A stretch of 64,000 bases of DNA from an uncultured cyanobacterium (GCA_963793425.1 CAWCAG010000005.1:320001-384000), one strand, 5' to 3'. Shown: positions 10,893-21,240, counted from the first letter of the stretch. The notes: a model not told the origin generated them from the sequence alone. Numbers and translations: made by a program.

Positions 10893-11405
10893 ATGCCTTT
10901 AGAAAAAGCACAACTTATTTCCCAAGAAGCTTCTAAAATTGAATTCATGTTTAACCCTATGGAATTAGAGTTTAAAGGGGAAGTTGCTACTAATGAAAGT
11001 ACCTCAGCACGCCATAGTAAAAGTGGTACTCCCAAAGTTAGTTTTTCCCACATAGAAGCTTACACAGTTACAATTAGCAATATTATGTTTGATACCTATG
11101 AAGAGGGAACTAATGTTGTCGAAAAGCATATTGATAAATTCAAAGAAGCCGTAACATTTGCTCCAGGAAAAGAACGTCCACCTTTATATACTTTCCAATG
11201 GGGAAGTATTGTTTATTTGCGACGTTGTTTTATTGAACAACTAAGTTACAAATTAACTATGTTTTTAGAAAATGGAACTCCTGTTAGAGCAGTAATTAGT
11301 AGCCTGACCTTAAAAGAAGCAGACGAAGAAGAAGAAAATGCTTCTAACAGTACTTCTGCTCCTTCTCAAAGCCAGCGTCAAGCAGAAAGTAGTAGAAGAG
11401 GTTAA
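10893..11405 (+). CDS. CIS tube initiator / Afp7-like protein (no LysM domain)
   Basis: 'LEKA.L', 'FMFNP', 'FDTYE', 'RPP..F.WG', 'LTMFLENGTPVRA'; directly upstream of VgrG. Confidence 0.85.
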   Translation: MPLEKAQLISQEASKIEFMFNPMELEFKGEVATNESTSARHSKSGTPKVSFSHIEAYTVTISNIMFDTYEEGTNVVEKHIDKFKEAVTFAPGKERPPLYTFQWGSIVYLRRCFIEQLSYKLTMFLENGTPVRAVISSLTLKEADEEEENASNSTSAPSQSQRQAESSRRG

Positions 11406-11478
11406 CTTTTTATAAACTGTGATTACCATTGCAAAGATTTTTAATAGTAGTTAAAGACTTTAATTTTTCGAGGTACTT

Positions 11479-13278
11479 ATGCCCGCAGTTACTCATCGAG
11501 CCGAACCAGTTTTAGAAATAGATGGTCAAAAAGCTTCTGAAAAATTAAAAGAAGACATTTTACAAATCTCTGTAGAAGAGAGCTTGCACTTACCAGGAAT
11601 GTTTACCATTATAGTCAGAAATGCTTATGAACCAGGTCATAGTGAAGATACAGCTTGGGAGCATGAGGGGCTATTTGAAATTGGCAAGAGCATTAAAATT
11701 GGTTTTGGTTCTAGTACCACAGGTTCCGAAGAATTTGATGACGATAATAAAGACTATGTACTAGAAGGAGAAATCACCGCCATTGAAGCTTATTTTACTA
11801 GTGGTGCAGAAGCTCCTATGATCATCAGGGGTTATGATATTTCCCATCGTCTGCATCGGGGAAAATATAACCGTTCTTTCCAGAATATGACAGATAAAGA
11901 TATTGTTAGCAAAATTGCCGGAGAAGTTGGTATTCCCACCAATAAAATAGACGATACGGGAGCTATTGATGGTTATGGGGATATTAATGGCTCTAATGGT
12001 TATGTTTTCCAAAACAACCAAACTAACATGGTCTTTTTACGGGCAAGAGCTGCTCGGAATGGTTTTGAATGTTTTGTTCAAGATGGCAAACTTAACTTTC
12101 GCGAACCCAAATCTGACGAATCTTTAGAATTGCAATGGTTACAAGACTTTAATAGTTTCCGAGTAAGAGTTAATAGTGCTGAACAAGTAAAAGAAGTAGA
12201 AGTAAGAGGTTGGGATTACTCTCGTAAAAAAGCAATTGTTTCTACTAAAAATACTGACCAAGTTATTACTAAAACAGAATACGGTAAGGGGAAAAGCACT
12301 AGTACCGCTTTTCAAGGCAAACCCCCTACCCCGAAAATGGTGGTGGTAGATCAGTCGGTTTTTACGGCCAAAGAAGCTGATAAAATAGCCCAAGCCCTCT
12401 GCAATGAATTAGGGGGTAACTTTGTTCATGCTGATGCTAAAGGAGAGGGCAACGCCTTAATTAGACCGGGTAAAGTGGTTAAGCTAACAGAAATGGGTAA
12501 ATACAATGGCGAGTATTACGTTACTGAAACTCGCCACCTTTTCCAAGATAGAATCTATACCACAGAGTTCAGTGTGCGAGGCTTAAAAGGGCGAGATATT
12601 CTCGATACAATCTCCCCTCCCAATCATTTACAGCCAGGACAAGCACCCTTAATCGGCATTGTCACAGATAACAATGACCCCAACAAATGGGGCAGAGTGC
12701 GGGTCAAATTTCCTACCCTTACAGAAGAACATTCTAGCTATTGGGCTAGGGTTTTAAGCCCTGGGGCAGGAGGAGGAAGAGGTTTAGACTGCTTGCCAGA
12801 AATCAACGATGAGGTTTTAGTTATTTTTGAAAATGGCGACATTCATCGCCCTTGCGTATTGGGTGGTGTTTGGAATGGTACAGATGCCACTCCTGAAGGG
12901 GTAGGAGACTCTGTAGCCGATGGCAAAGTTCGCTTAAGGACTTTCCAAACTCGTACTGGACATAAAGTACAGTTCACAGAAGAAGATAAGGGAGGTAATA
13001 AAAAAGGAATTACCCTAGATACAGTTTACGGTCATAAAATTCAATGCAACGATAGCGAAAAGTTTATTGATATCAAGACTAAATCTGGTCATGAGATTCG
13101 TATGGATGACCAAAAAAATACTATTGAGATTAAAAAAGGTAGTACAAGTATTACCATGCAAACTCAAGCTGGGGCAATTACTATTAAGGGCAATACAATT
13201 ACTTTAGATGCTAAAACTATTACTATTAAAGGGACTGCGGCGGTGAGTGTTCAAGGAGGAGTGATTAAATTAAATTAG
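11479..13278 (+). CDS. vgrG: VgrG-related spike protein (Afp8-like)
   Basis: gp27-like hub ('GYDISHRLHRG', 'EVEVRGWD'), gp5 OB-fold 'GIVTDNNDP..GRVRVKFP..WAR..LPEINDEVLV.FENGD', beta-helix tail. Confidence 0.93.
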   Translation: MPAVTHRAEPVLEIDGQKASEKLKEDILQISVEESLHLPGMFTIIVRNAYEPGHSEDTAWEHEGLFEIGKSIKIGFGSSTTGSEEFDDDNKDYVLEGEITAIEAYFTSGAEAPMIIRGYDISHRLHRGKYNRSFQNMTDKDIVSKIAGEVGIPTNKIDDTGAIDGYGDINGSNGYVFQNNQTNMVFLRARAARNGFECFVQDGKLNFREPKSDESLELQWLQDFNSFRVRVNSAEQVKEVEVRGWDYSRKKAIVSTKNTDQVITKTEYGKGKSTSTAFQGKPPTPKMVVVDQSVFTAKEADKIAQALCNELGGNFVHADAKGEGNALIRPGKVVKLTEMGKYNGEYYVTETRHLFQDRIYTTEFSVRGLKGRDILDTISPPNHLQPGQAPLIGIVTDNNDPNKWGRVRVKFPTLTEEHSSYWARVLSPGAGGGRGLDCLPEINDEVLVIFENGDIHRPCVLGGVWNGTDATPEGVGDSVADGKVRLRTFQTRTGHKVQFTEEDKGGNKKGITLDTVYGHKIQCNDSEKFIDIKTKSGHEIRMDDQKNTIEIKKGSTSITMQTQAGAITIKGNTITLDAKTITIKGTAAVSVQGGVIKLN

Positions 13279-13314
13279 AGATATATAAAGAGCTACTTTT
13301 CTAGGAACAGAGCT

Positions 13315-14199
13315 ATGTCTCTTCTAAACAATGCTATCGAGTCAATACAGGTAGGTGTAGAAGACTATCTTAATCGTGACAAAAAGAGATATCCATCTGC
13401 TGTAAGAAATATTTGTGCGGGGATTCTCCTTCTGTACAAAGAGAAGTTATACCGGCTGTCTCCCTCACATGACAAGGAAGTTTTAATAAAAAAGGATATA
13501 AGGCCAGTTTATGATGACACAAAAAATATCACTTTCATAGGTAAGGGGAAGAAAACAGTAGATGTTTACGAAATAAAAGAAAGATTTAAGAGTTTAGACG
13601 TTGAAGTTGATTGGAAAAAGTTTGAGGAGCTAAATAAACTTCGCAACAATATAGAGCATTACTATACAGATAAATCCCCTGAAGCTATTCGAGAGGTCAT
13701 TGTTAAATCGTTTCTTCTGATTCGAGATTTCATTAGTGAATCCTTAAAAGAAGAACCTATTAACGTTCTTGGAAAGTAATGCTGGCAGGCATTGTTAGAC
13801 ACAACGAATGTATATTCAGACAGAAGAAAAAGCTTGCAGACAAACATTCGAGAAATGTGGTTTTGAACCCCAGGTATTAGAGCAGATTCTAGAAAAAATG
13901 GAGTGTCAGTTTTGTGGTTCAGATTTGATTAAGGCTGAAGATGAATATGACGCTTTTAATTCGTTGATTTGTTGCTCATGTGATAAGCCTCTTGAAATTA
14001 AGGATGCAATAGAAGAAGAAAGGCTGTCATATGATGACTCCGAAACTGAAGGGAGTTTGGCATCCTGCAATAGTTGTGAAAGTACAGACTCTGTAGTAAA
14101 GCTAGACGACAAATGGATTTGCCTTTCCTGCAATACAATTCATGATGAAGCAGGGCCTTGCGGATACTGCCATGAGTTCATTGCAGGAGATTTAAAAGA
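13315..14199 (+). pseudogene. HEPN-like (RxxxxH) plus multi-CxxC Zn-ribbon protein; nonsense codon, frameshift and IS1 truncation
   Basis: 'LRNNIEH' motif; TAA at 13777-13779 followed by in-frame 'CWQALLD'; frame change near 13815; repeated CxxC pairs; 3' end runs into the IS1 IR at 14200. Confidence 0.65.
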
Positions 14200-14583
14200 G
14201 GCGTTGCTGAATTAAGGGATGAATGAAGTAGGAATGGGAACATCCCAGAATTTGAGATAGTGAATTAGCAATCGGATAGAATGCTTGAGCATTTCTACTG
14301 ACTTGGAATAACATAAGGTCTTACGATGCAAGCGAGCTAAATAGTGTCTCAATCGAGTATTTTCACCTTCTACTCGTGTCATGTAGGTTTTAGAGATAAT
14401 TTGGTCTCCTTCTCGAATAAACTGAGGATAAACACTCCAACCATCGGTGACATAGAAATAACATCGCCCTAGACTTACAATTGCCCATAAAGGTTTAAAA
14501 GTTTCAGCACTATGGTCTCCCAATACCCAACCTAAAATGCCTCTTTGGAAGTGATTGACTGCTGTCCAGAGCCAGATTTTGTT

Positions 14584-14633
14584 GTCTTGGTGCGCGTTCC
14601 CTTGCGTCTTACGCCGACGCGGGGTCGCACCGC
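14584..14633. repeat. 50-nt GC-rich hairpin element inserted in the IS1 A-run
   Basis: GGTGCG..CGCACC outer and GCGTC..GACGC inner stems; removal restores TCAAAAAAAACAAAATCTGG. Confidence 0.75.
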
Positions 14634-14878
14634 TTTTTTGAGCCAACAAATGTTTCAAGTTCATCCAATTCGCCAACTTCAGGTATTGTTTCTGGAGAAT
14701 AGGCATCTGGCAGCAGTTCTCCGACTTGCTTGACCCAGGTTATTATCGTCGTATGATGTACCCCTTTGACTCTTTCTATTCCTCGAAAGCCCATACCGTT
14801 GACATACATTTTGAGACATTCTCTTTTTCTTTCGTCGCTGTAGCCTCTATTGGTTTCACGATTTTCAACAAATTGGCG

Positions 14879-14899
14879 TAGGCAAAGCCCGCCGTAGGC
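14879..14899 (-). repeat. 21-nt SDR5-like element inserted in a HIP1 site
   Basis: Minus strand GCGAT[GCCTACGGCGGGCTTTGCCTA]CGC. Confidence 0.85.
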
Positions 14900-15026
14900 A
14901 TCGCAATCAACACAAATATGATTTTGTTTACCTCGTCTCTTTCCATTTTTACGAATATGAGTCGAGTTACATTCAGGACACTGCATAAAGATTTAGCTTG
15001 AGTTCATCCCTCTATTATGCAACGCC

Positions 15027-15870
15027 GTTTTTTCTTCTCTATGAAGATATTACCAGTACCAATGACAGGATTTTTGAGCATCTTAATGTTGAACAAACTG
15101 ATTTGGCATAGAGATATCATAATTAGTGCTATTCAAAGATCATTTATTCCTTTGTTTTTTACAGCTTTTTTGTATTATTTATTACAAGAATCGTTTGTAT
15201 TCTGCTGTTTGGCAATTGTTCTACAAGGATTATTTTATGCCCCTTATTTATTAGTCATGGGTGGTATTTTACTAATCAGATTATGTAAATGGTCGAGGGG
15301 CATACCAAGATTTTCTCTTAACCGAGATAACTTATTTATCTGTCTAGCCGGATTAGCTTTAGTATTTATTTTTCTTTTACCCTACGCAATCTCTACTTCT
15401 ACCTTTGGCCCAACTATCTCAGGAGAAGAAGCAAAACTGTTACCAGCATTTCAAGAAGGGGGTAGAAATTCTTTCTTTAATGATAGTTTTTGGACATTCT
15501 GGTTTGTTGCCCATCGTAGCCTTTTCATAGCATTACCATTAAGACCTGTCATTATGTATGCAGGATTTTTACTCCCCATCATTTTACTCAATATAGTCTT
15601 GATGTAAACAAAGTAAAAGAAGTTACTCAAAAGTATGACATAGACTTCTGGCTTTTAGACAAACAGGCTTTCACTACTGAGTATTTAACTAATCCTGCTT
15701 CTAGTACCAGCCGTTGGCTCAATCAATACCAACCAGCGACACAAAAAGCTTTAGAAAATCTCCAAAGGAAGGAAGTTCTGGTACTTGCAGAGCATCAAGA
15801 TGACTGTTCTAAACTCGAAACTCAAGAGCTAATCTTGCTAGATTCTCGCTGTATTCTGCAAACCAAATAA
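15027..15870 (+). pseudogene. Remnant of a polytopic membrane protein: 5' truncated by IS1 and internally deleted near 15589
   Basis: Hydrophobic frame starts at the IS end; a second open frame 15589-15870 reads QYSLDVNKVKEVTQKYDIDFWLLDK...RCILQTK*, resembling the soluble C-terminus of such proteins. Confidence 0.6.
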
Positions 15871-15964
15871 GTCAGGCATTCATTTACCAATTACCTAAGT
15901 AAATCTGCAACTACTTGGGCAGAGAAATTACTAAAAGACCAAGGTTTAAGAGAAGTAATCAAGC

Positions 15965-16168
15965 TTAAAAAAGATTACACATTGCATCAATGACCGCAGC
16001 ATTTAACTGGGTTTTGTTCAAATCTGATTCTATTTCTGGGCTGGGTGATTGCGACTTTGCTGTCATAGCAACTTCTTCGAGTAAACCATCTTTTTGCTCT
16101 TTTTCCTGCCAAAAAATATCTTTATCAGTAGGAAAAAAGGAAGAGTTTGCTGTTGGTGAAATGTTCAT
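15965..16168 (-). CDS. Hypothetical small protein or gene fragment
   Basis: ATG-initiated 67-aa ORF; no recognisable motif. Confidence 0.3.
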   Translation of the reverse strand: MNISPTANSSFFPTDKDIFWQEKEQKDGLLEEVAMTAKSQSPSPEIESDLNKTQLNAAVIDAMCNLF

Positions 16169-16382
16169 ATTTTTTACCTAGATAAACTATCTTTAATCTC
16201 TATATTAAGATTATATCTAGCCTATGTCTGCGATCGCGGTCATATACTAGTATGTTTTTGTATCTTAATGTATATCTTAAGTTTGATTTTTGCTTTATAG
16301 AGATACTTAGTATTTTGATACGGAACTCTCAAGGCACTTTCGGGAAAACGTGGAGTCAAGTTTGCAACTCAAGCAATTTCAC

Positions 16383-18086
16383 TTAAGAAGCCATAGCATA
16401 ATCTACTAACTCTAAGAGTTTCTGCCGTAAAGTGGCAAAACCTAGGCGATCGCCAGCCGAGACAAACACCGCTAAGGGAAATTCTTCTGCTGCTTGACTA
16501 ATAATTTCTGCGTTCACTTGGTCAATTTTATTAAAGACAATTAGCATCGGCCCTGGAGTAATAGGCATATCCGCAAGAATACTAGTTACAGAACGGATTT
16601 GACTTTGCCAAGCGGGGTGAGACAAATCTACTAAATGAAGCAGTGCATCAGCTTCCGTAACTTCTTCTAAGGTAGCGCGGAAAGCATTTACCAAGGCTGG
16701 GGGCAACTCTTGAATAAACCCTACTGTATCCGTAAGCAAAATATTACGAGATTGACTCGTTTCTGCCTCAGTAACGGCTAAGCGACGGGTGGTCGGGTCT
16801 AGGGTGGCAAAAAGCTGATCTGCTGTATAAACAGTACCTCCTGTCAGGGCATTGAGGAGAGTAGATTTTCCTGCGTTGGTATAACCAACAATCGCCACTG
16901 TAGGTACTTCTTTTTGTTGTCTACGCTGTCGCAAACGAGAACGATGTGCTTGTAGCTCATTTACCTCTTTTTGCAGCCGTGCCAAACGACGTTGGATACT
17001 ACGACGTTCAGTTTCTAACTTCGTTTCTCCTGGTCCCCTTGTACCAATACCTCCTCCTAAACGAGACATCGCTTGACCGCGACCCGTAAGACGAGGCAAC
17101 ATATATTCTAATTGAGCCAATTCTACCTGCAATTTTCCGGCGCGGGATTGGGCCCGTTGAGCAAAAATATCGAGGATTACTTCTGTCCTATCTACTACCC
17201 GGATACCAATACGAGTTTCTAGGTTACGAACTTGGGCAGGGGATAGATCGCGATCAAAAGCGACTAAATTCGCACCTGATATCTGGGCTGTGAGGGCTAT
17301 TTCTTGTACCTTACCAGAACCAATTACAGTTTGGGGATGAGGGCGAGAACGTTTCTGCTTGATGGTTTCTAAGACTTCTCCCCCAGCAGTATCTACTAAT
17401 CTAACTAATTCCTCCAAACCTCTCTCAAATTGGGGTAAGGACAGCTTTTCGGTCATTAACCCCACTAATACTACCCGTTCTTTGTCTACATCAACATCTT
17501 TTGCGACATATTCACGGCTAAATTCTGCTTCTAAGCCTTCTACAAGATCGAGAAAATCTTGTTTATACAAGGCATCTAAGCTTAAAGGAGGAGATAAATA
17601 CCAACAAGCAATATTACTATCATCATTATTCTGGCGGGGAATAAGGTGGGCTAGATAAGCTTGTTTGAGATAACCAGTTGCCCCTCCGCCCCGGCGCTGG
17701 AAACCTTCACCACTTAAAGGTAATACCACCAAAGCATCTAGTCTTTGTATGGCCATGGCTGTTAAACTCGATTCTTTAGGAATTTCGGATTTAAGCTTGG
17801 TAGCAATACAACGAATACCAGATAATCTCTCAGCACCATAACGAGGTAGTTCTAAAGGAGGGATTTGAGTTTGGTGAGGGCTACCAATACCTACTCTGAT
17901 TACCTGTCCTCGACGATTAATGTAGGTAGAGATCGGTTGCTGTATTTCACTACTAATGGCTCCTAAACGCTGGGCAAATTCTGGCGCAACCAAAAGTTCG
18001 CGAGGGTTGCGCTGATGATAAAGTCGTTGGAGTTGCTTAATCTGATTGGACTTGAGTCCTTTAAGATTACCGTAGATTGTATCGAT
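16383..18086 (-). CDS. hflX: GTPase HflX (probable ATC start)
   Basis: 'GIGTRGPGETKLE', GYTNAGKS, 'LFATLDPT', DTVG, NKID; frame open upstream to ATC GAT ACA ATC TAC GGT AAT CTT. Confidence 0.93.
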   Translation of the reverse strand: MDTIYGNLKGLKSNQIKQLQRLYHQRNPRELLVAPEFAQRLGAISSEIQQPISTYINRRGQVIRVGIGSPHQTQIPPLELPRYGAERLSGIRCIATKLKSEIPKESSLTAMAIQRLDALVVLPLSGEGFQRRGGGATGYLKQAYLAHLIPRQNNDDSNIACWYLSPPLSLDALYKQDFLDLVEGLEAEFSREYVAKDVDVDKERVVLVGLMTEKLSLPQFERGLEELVRLVDTAGGEVLETIKQKRSRPHPQTVIGSGKVQEIALTAQISGANLVAFDRDLSPAQVRNLETRIGIRVVDRTEVILDIFAQRAQSRAGKLQVELAQLEYMLPRLTGRGQAMSRLGGGIGTRGPGETKLETERRSIQRRLARLQKEVNELQAHRSRLRQRRQQKEVPTVAIVGYTNAGKSTLLNALTGGTVYTADQLFATLDPTTRRLAVTEAETSQSRNILLTDTVGFIQELPPALVNAFRATLEEVTEADALLHLVDLSHPAWQSQIRSVTSILADMPITPGPMLIVFNKIDQVNAEIISQAAEEFPLAVFVSAGDRLGFATLRQKLLELVDYAMAS

Positions 18087-18177
18087 AGGTCTTTAGAGGT
18101 AGAATTAAAGTTTATCTAGTTTAATTTTACTTACAGATAATCAATCTGCAAAAGTTTCTGGTTTAGGAATTACTTTT

Positions 18178-18990
18178 TTAGCTTTTAGACTGAGAAGGTT
18201 GTCGCCATTTAGACCAACCAGTCTCTCGCGAAGGCTTTAAAATCAGGAATTGTGGTAAACGTCCTCCTAACTGAGTTTTCCAGTATCTCCAATATAATTC
18301 TTTAAAAAATCCCGAAAATTCGTGTTCTACATATCTGTACCAAGGAATTTTATTATTATTCCATTCGGTAGGAAACTCGTAAATCCATTTTTCCATAAAA
18401 GGGCCAAATATTTCTGTGGCTTGTTGACGTATTTCCGGCGTAATATAAGAATATTTATCCTTAGATTTACTGGCTGTTTTGTTTGCCATAGGTAAGGGTC
18501 TTTTTTGCTCTATGCCCATTAGGTTAAGAACTTTACTAAAATCCTCTTGAAGATTTTCATATCGAATTACAAAGTCGAAATTTTTATGTTCTAACCTACT
18601 CCAATTGTCATAAGTAAACTTATGGAATTTTTTAAAATAAGTAGGGAAGTCAGCGTCGTTTTCTTCAATAAATTTAAAGCGGCGTAGCTGATAGTCTGGA
18701 ACCCATCCTCCGTTTCTTTTCCAAGTTTTGGGATTAGTAAAGGTATTATTGTGATTCGTCTTATATTTGAAATAGCGAGTCAGCACTATATCTAAAGGAT
18801 TTCTGATAGATGAGAAGACAAAATACTGCTTTTCCTCTTCTGTAGATACTTTCAAAAATTCATGATAGGCAGAATGCTTGTCCAGAACTTTTTGTCCTTC
18901 ATAATTTTCTACAAGTTCATCCCCTAAACTAGAGGAAGCAGTATGAGGAAGCTGAATAAATACGTATTTATAGGTAGAGCTAATAATCAT
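18178..18990 (-). CDS. Sulfotransferase family 2 protein
   Basis: 'YVFIQLPHTASSSL' (5'-PSB-like), 'IRNPLD', 'IRYENLQEDF'. Confidence 0.75.
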   Translation of the reverse strand: MIISSTYKYVFIQLPHTASSSLGDELVENYEGQKVLDKHSAYHEFLKVSTEEEKQYFVFSSIRNPLDIVLTRYFKYKTNHNNTFTNPKTWKRNGGWVPDYQLRRFKFIEENDADFPTYFKKFHKFTYDNWSRLEHKNFDFVIRYENLQEDFSKVLNLMGIEQKRPLPMANKTASKSKDKYSYITPEIRQQATEIFGPFMEKWIYEFPTEWNNNKIPWYRYVEHEFSGFFKELYWRYWKTQLGGRLPQFLILKPSRETGWSKWRQPSQSKS

Positions 18991-19126
18991 TAACTTAGCT
19001 TCGGCGCACCGAAAAAAACAACTTAACTGTAGCTAAAGTATATTACATTTACCACAAAGTTTTTATGGGTTAGACAGTAAGAAGTAAGACGTAACAAGCA
19101 AGATTACTTCTTACTTCATTACTTAG

Positions 19127-20290
19127 CTACTTACCCATACCCAATTGTTGAGCCTTTTGATAAACTTTCCCTTCGGTTAATAAAGAGGGAGCAATCACTA
19201 CCTCAACTTGTTGCATTTCTTTGATATTTTTCGCTCCTAAAGTTCCCATACTGGTTTTAAGAGCGCCCAGTAAGTTATGAGTACCGTCATCTAACTTCGC
19301 AGGACCGATGAGAATCTCTTTTAGACTTCCTGTTGTCCCCACGTTAATGCGGGTTCCCCTTGGTAAAACAGGACTTGGAGTAGCCATACCCCAGTGATAA
19401 TCTTGACCAGGAGATTCTGCTGCCCTAGCGATAGGCGAACCAATCATGACTCCATCAGCACCACAAGCGATACATTTACAAATGTCTCCCCCGGTAACGA
19501 TACCACCATCAGCTATTACTGAGACATATTTACCTGTTTCTTGGTAAAAATCATCCCTAGCCGCAGCACAATCGGCGGTTGCTGTTGCTTGGGGAACTCC
19601 TACACCTAAAACACCGCGAGAAGTACAAGCAGCACCAGGACCAATTCCCACTAACACAGCCGCAGCCCCCGCTTTCATTAAGTTAAGGGCAACTTCATAG
19701 GTGACACAGTTTCCTAAAACCACAGGCATAGGCATCTCTCGGCAAAACTGTCCTAAATCTAAAGGTGTGACCGATTCTGGAGACAGATGAGCCGTTGAAA
19801 CTACTGTTGCTTGGATGAAAAGTAAATCAGCTCCAGCAGAGGCGATCGCTTCACCATATTTCATTGCCCCCACAGGAGTGACACTAACAGCAGCAATACC
19901 TCCAGAGTCTTTGATTTCTGTAATTCTTTGCTTAATTAGTTCTGGTTTGATAGATTCAGCATATAGCTCTTGCATCAAACCCACAAACTCGGATTTACCT
20001 ACCCCAGCAATGCGATTCAATACTGGTTTGGGGTCGCTATAGCGAGTTTGGATGCCTTCTAAGTTAAGCACTCCCATGGCTCCTAATTCTGATAGGAGTG
20101 TTGCCATCTTGACATCGACCACACTATCCATAGCGCTAGCAATAATGGGAATATCTCGCTTAATACCACCAATTTCCCAGCTAGTGTCAGCTAAATGGGG
20201 GTCTAATGTTCTTAAACCCGGAACTAAGGCAATTTCATCAATTCCGTAGGCTCGACGAGCAGATTTACCCTGACCAATTAAAATATCCAC
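19127..20290 (-). CDS. guaB: GuaB3-family IMP dehydrogenase-related protein
   Basis: 'IIASAMDS', '[12 protein letters not shown]', 'IADGG'. Confidence 0.92.
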   Translation of the reverse strand: MDILIGQGKSARRAYGIDEIALVPGLRTLDPHLADTSWEIGGIKRDIPIIASAMDSVVDVKMATLLSELGAMGVLNLEGIQTRYSDPKPVLNRIAGVGKSEFVGLMQELYAESIKPELIKQRITEIKDSGGIAAVSVTPVGAMKYGEAIASAGADLLFIQATVVSTAHLSPESVTPLDLGQFCREMPMPVVLGNCVTYEVALNLMKAGAAAVLVGIGPGAACTSRGVLGVGVPQATATADCAAARDDFYQETGKYVSVIADGGIVTGGDICKCIACGADGVMIGSPIARAAESPGQDYHWGMATPSPVLPRGTRINVGTTGSLKEILIGPAKLDDGTHNLLGALKTSMGTLGAKNIKEMQQVEVVIAPSLLTEGKVYQKAQQLGMGK

Positions 20291-20403
20291 GCTTTTTACC
20301 CTATCCCAAATCTATTAGGATAGGCTATCAAATTTTTGCCGAAATTGGGGATAGGGGTCTGGGTTATTTCTATTCTAGTAGTCTGTTAATTGCCAATTAA
20401 AAA

Positions 20404-20490
20404 CGGAGAGGGAGGGATTCGAACCCTCGTTAAAGTTGCCCCTAAACAGCATTTCCAGTGCTGCGCCTTCAACCACTCGGCCACCTCTCC
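20404..20490 (-). tRNA. trnS: tRNA-Ser(GGA)
   Basis: GGAGAGGTGGCCGAGTGG...CAGCA-CT-GGA-AA-TGCTG, long variable arm, GGTTCGAATCCC; no encoded CCA. Confidence 0.97.
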
Positions 20491-20562
20491 ATGTGACGAT
20501 TGCGATTTACTATGATACAACAAGCTTGCTTCTTTATGGGAAGTTTAGGCTAAAAACTTTTC

Positions 20563-21240
20563 TCAGCTCCCTAACTTTCTCTTACAAGCTAAAGTTAAAC
20601 CATCGGCGATCGCCAACATACTAATAGTTACCCTAGCATCTTTGTGAAGCTTTTCATTTAAAGTACGAATAGCTGAGGTTTGAGGATCTTGGACTTCAGC
20701 ATCGGCAACCTTCCCTCCCCAAAGCACATTATCAATGACAATTATTCCTCCTACTCGTAGCAACTGTAGAGATTTTTCGTAATAAAGATCGTAGTTTCTT
20801 TTGTCAGCATCAATAAAAACGAAATCAAAACTTCCTGCCTCTCCTAAATTCAGGAGTTGTTGCAATGTTTCTAAAGCTGGGGCTAGGCGTAAGTCTATTT
20901 TGTGGCTAACTCCTGCTTGTTGCCAATAACGGTGGGCAATGGCGGTGGATTCTTCGTTAACATCGCAGGCGATTACTTTACCATCAGCAGGTAAAGCTAA
21001 GGCAACACATAAAGAACTATAACCTGTAAATACCCCAATTTCTAAGGTTTTCTTCGCCCCCAATAGTTGCACCAACAAAGCCAGAAATTGACCTTGTTCG
21101 GGGGCTATTTGCATCCTAGCCCCAGGTAGTTGAGCAGTTTCTTGGCGCAGTTGAGTAAGAATTTTGGCTTCCCGCAGGGAAACAGAAAGTAGGTATTGAT
21201 GAAGGCGATCGCTAAGATTTAGGTTTTTATGATTGGTCAT
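20563..21240 (-). CDS. Class I SAM-dependent O-methyltransferase (CCoAOMT-like)
   Basis: 'MQIAPEQG', 'LEIGVFTGYS', 'FIDADK', 'IDNVLW'. Confidence 0.92.
   Translation of the reverse strand: MTNHKNLNLSDRLHQYLLSVSLREAKILTQLRQETAQLPGARMQIAPEQGQFLALLVQLLGAKKTLEIGVFTGYSSLCVALALPADGKVIACDVNEESTAIAHRYWQQAGVSHKIDLRLAPALETLQQLLNLGEAGSFDFVFIDADKRNYDLYYEKSLQLLRVGGIIVIDNVLWGGKVADAEVQDPQTSAIRTLNEKLHKDARVTISMLAIADGLTLACKRKLGS

Larger units (their letters stand above)
14200..15026 (-). mobile_element. IS1-family insertion sequence (InsA 14609-14986, InsB 14212-~14583), probably inactive
   Basis: Imperfect terminal IRs ggcgttgctgaattaagggatgaa / ggcgttgcataatagagggatgaa; InsA Zn-ribbon + HTH; InsB 'DELETFVG', 'IWLWTAV', 'TDGW', 'VEGENTRLRHYLARL'; no target duplication visible. 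Confidence 0.95.

Noticed and set aside
13273..14199. Possible second integron cassette after vgrG
   Set aside because: The left junction reads ATTAGAG rather than GTTRRRY, and any attC would have been removed by IS1, so it cannot be supported
20404..20490. tRNA-Ser as an integration site
   Set aside because: No duplicated tRNA 3' end or integrase seen; flanked by ordinary genes
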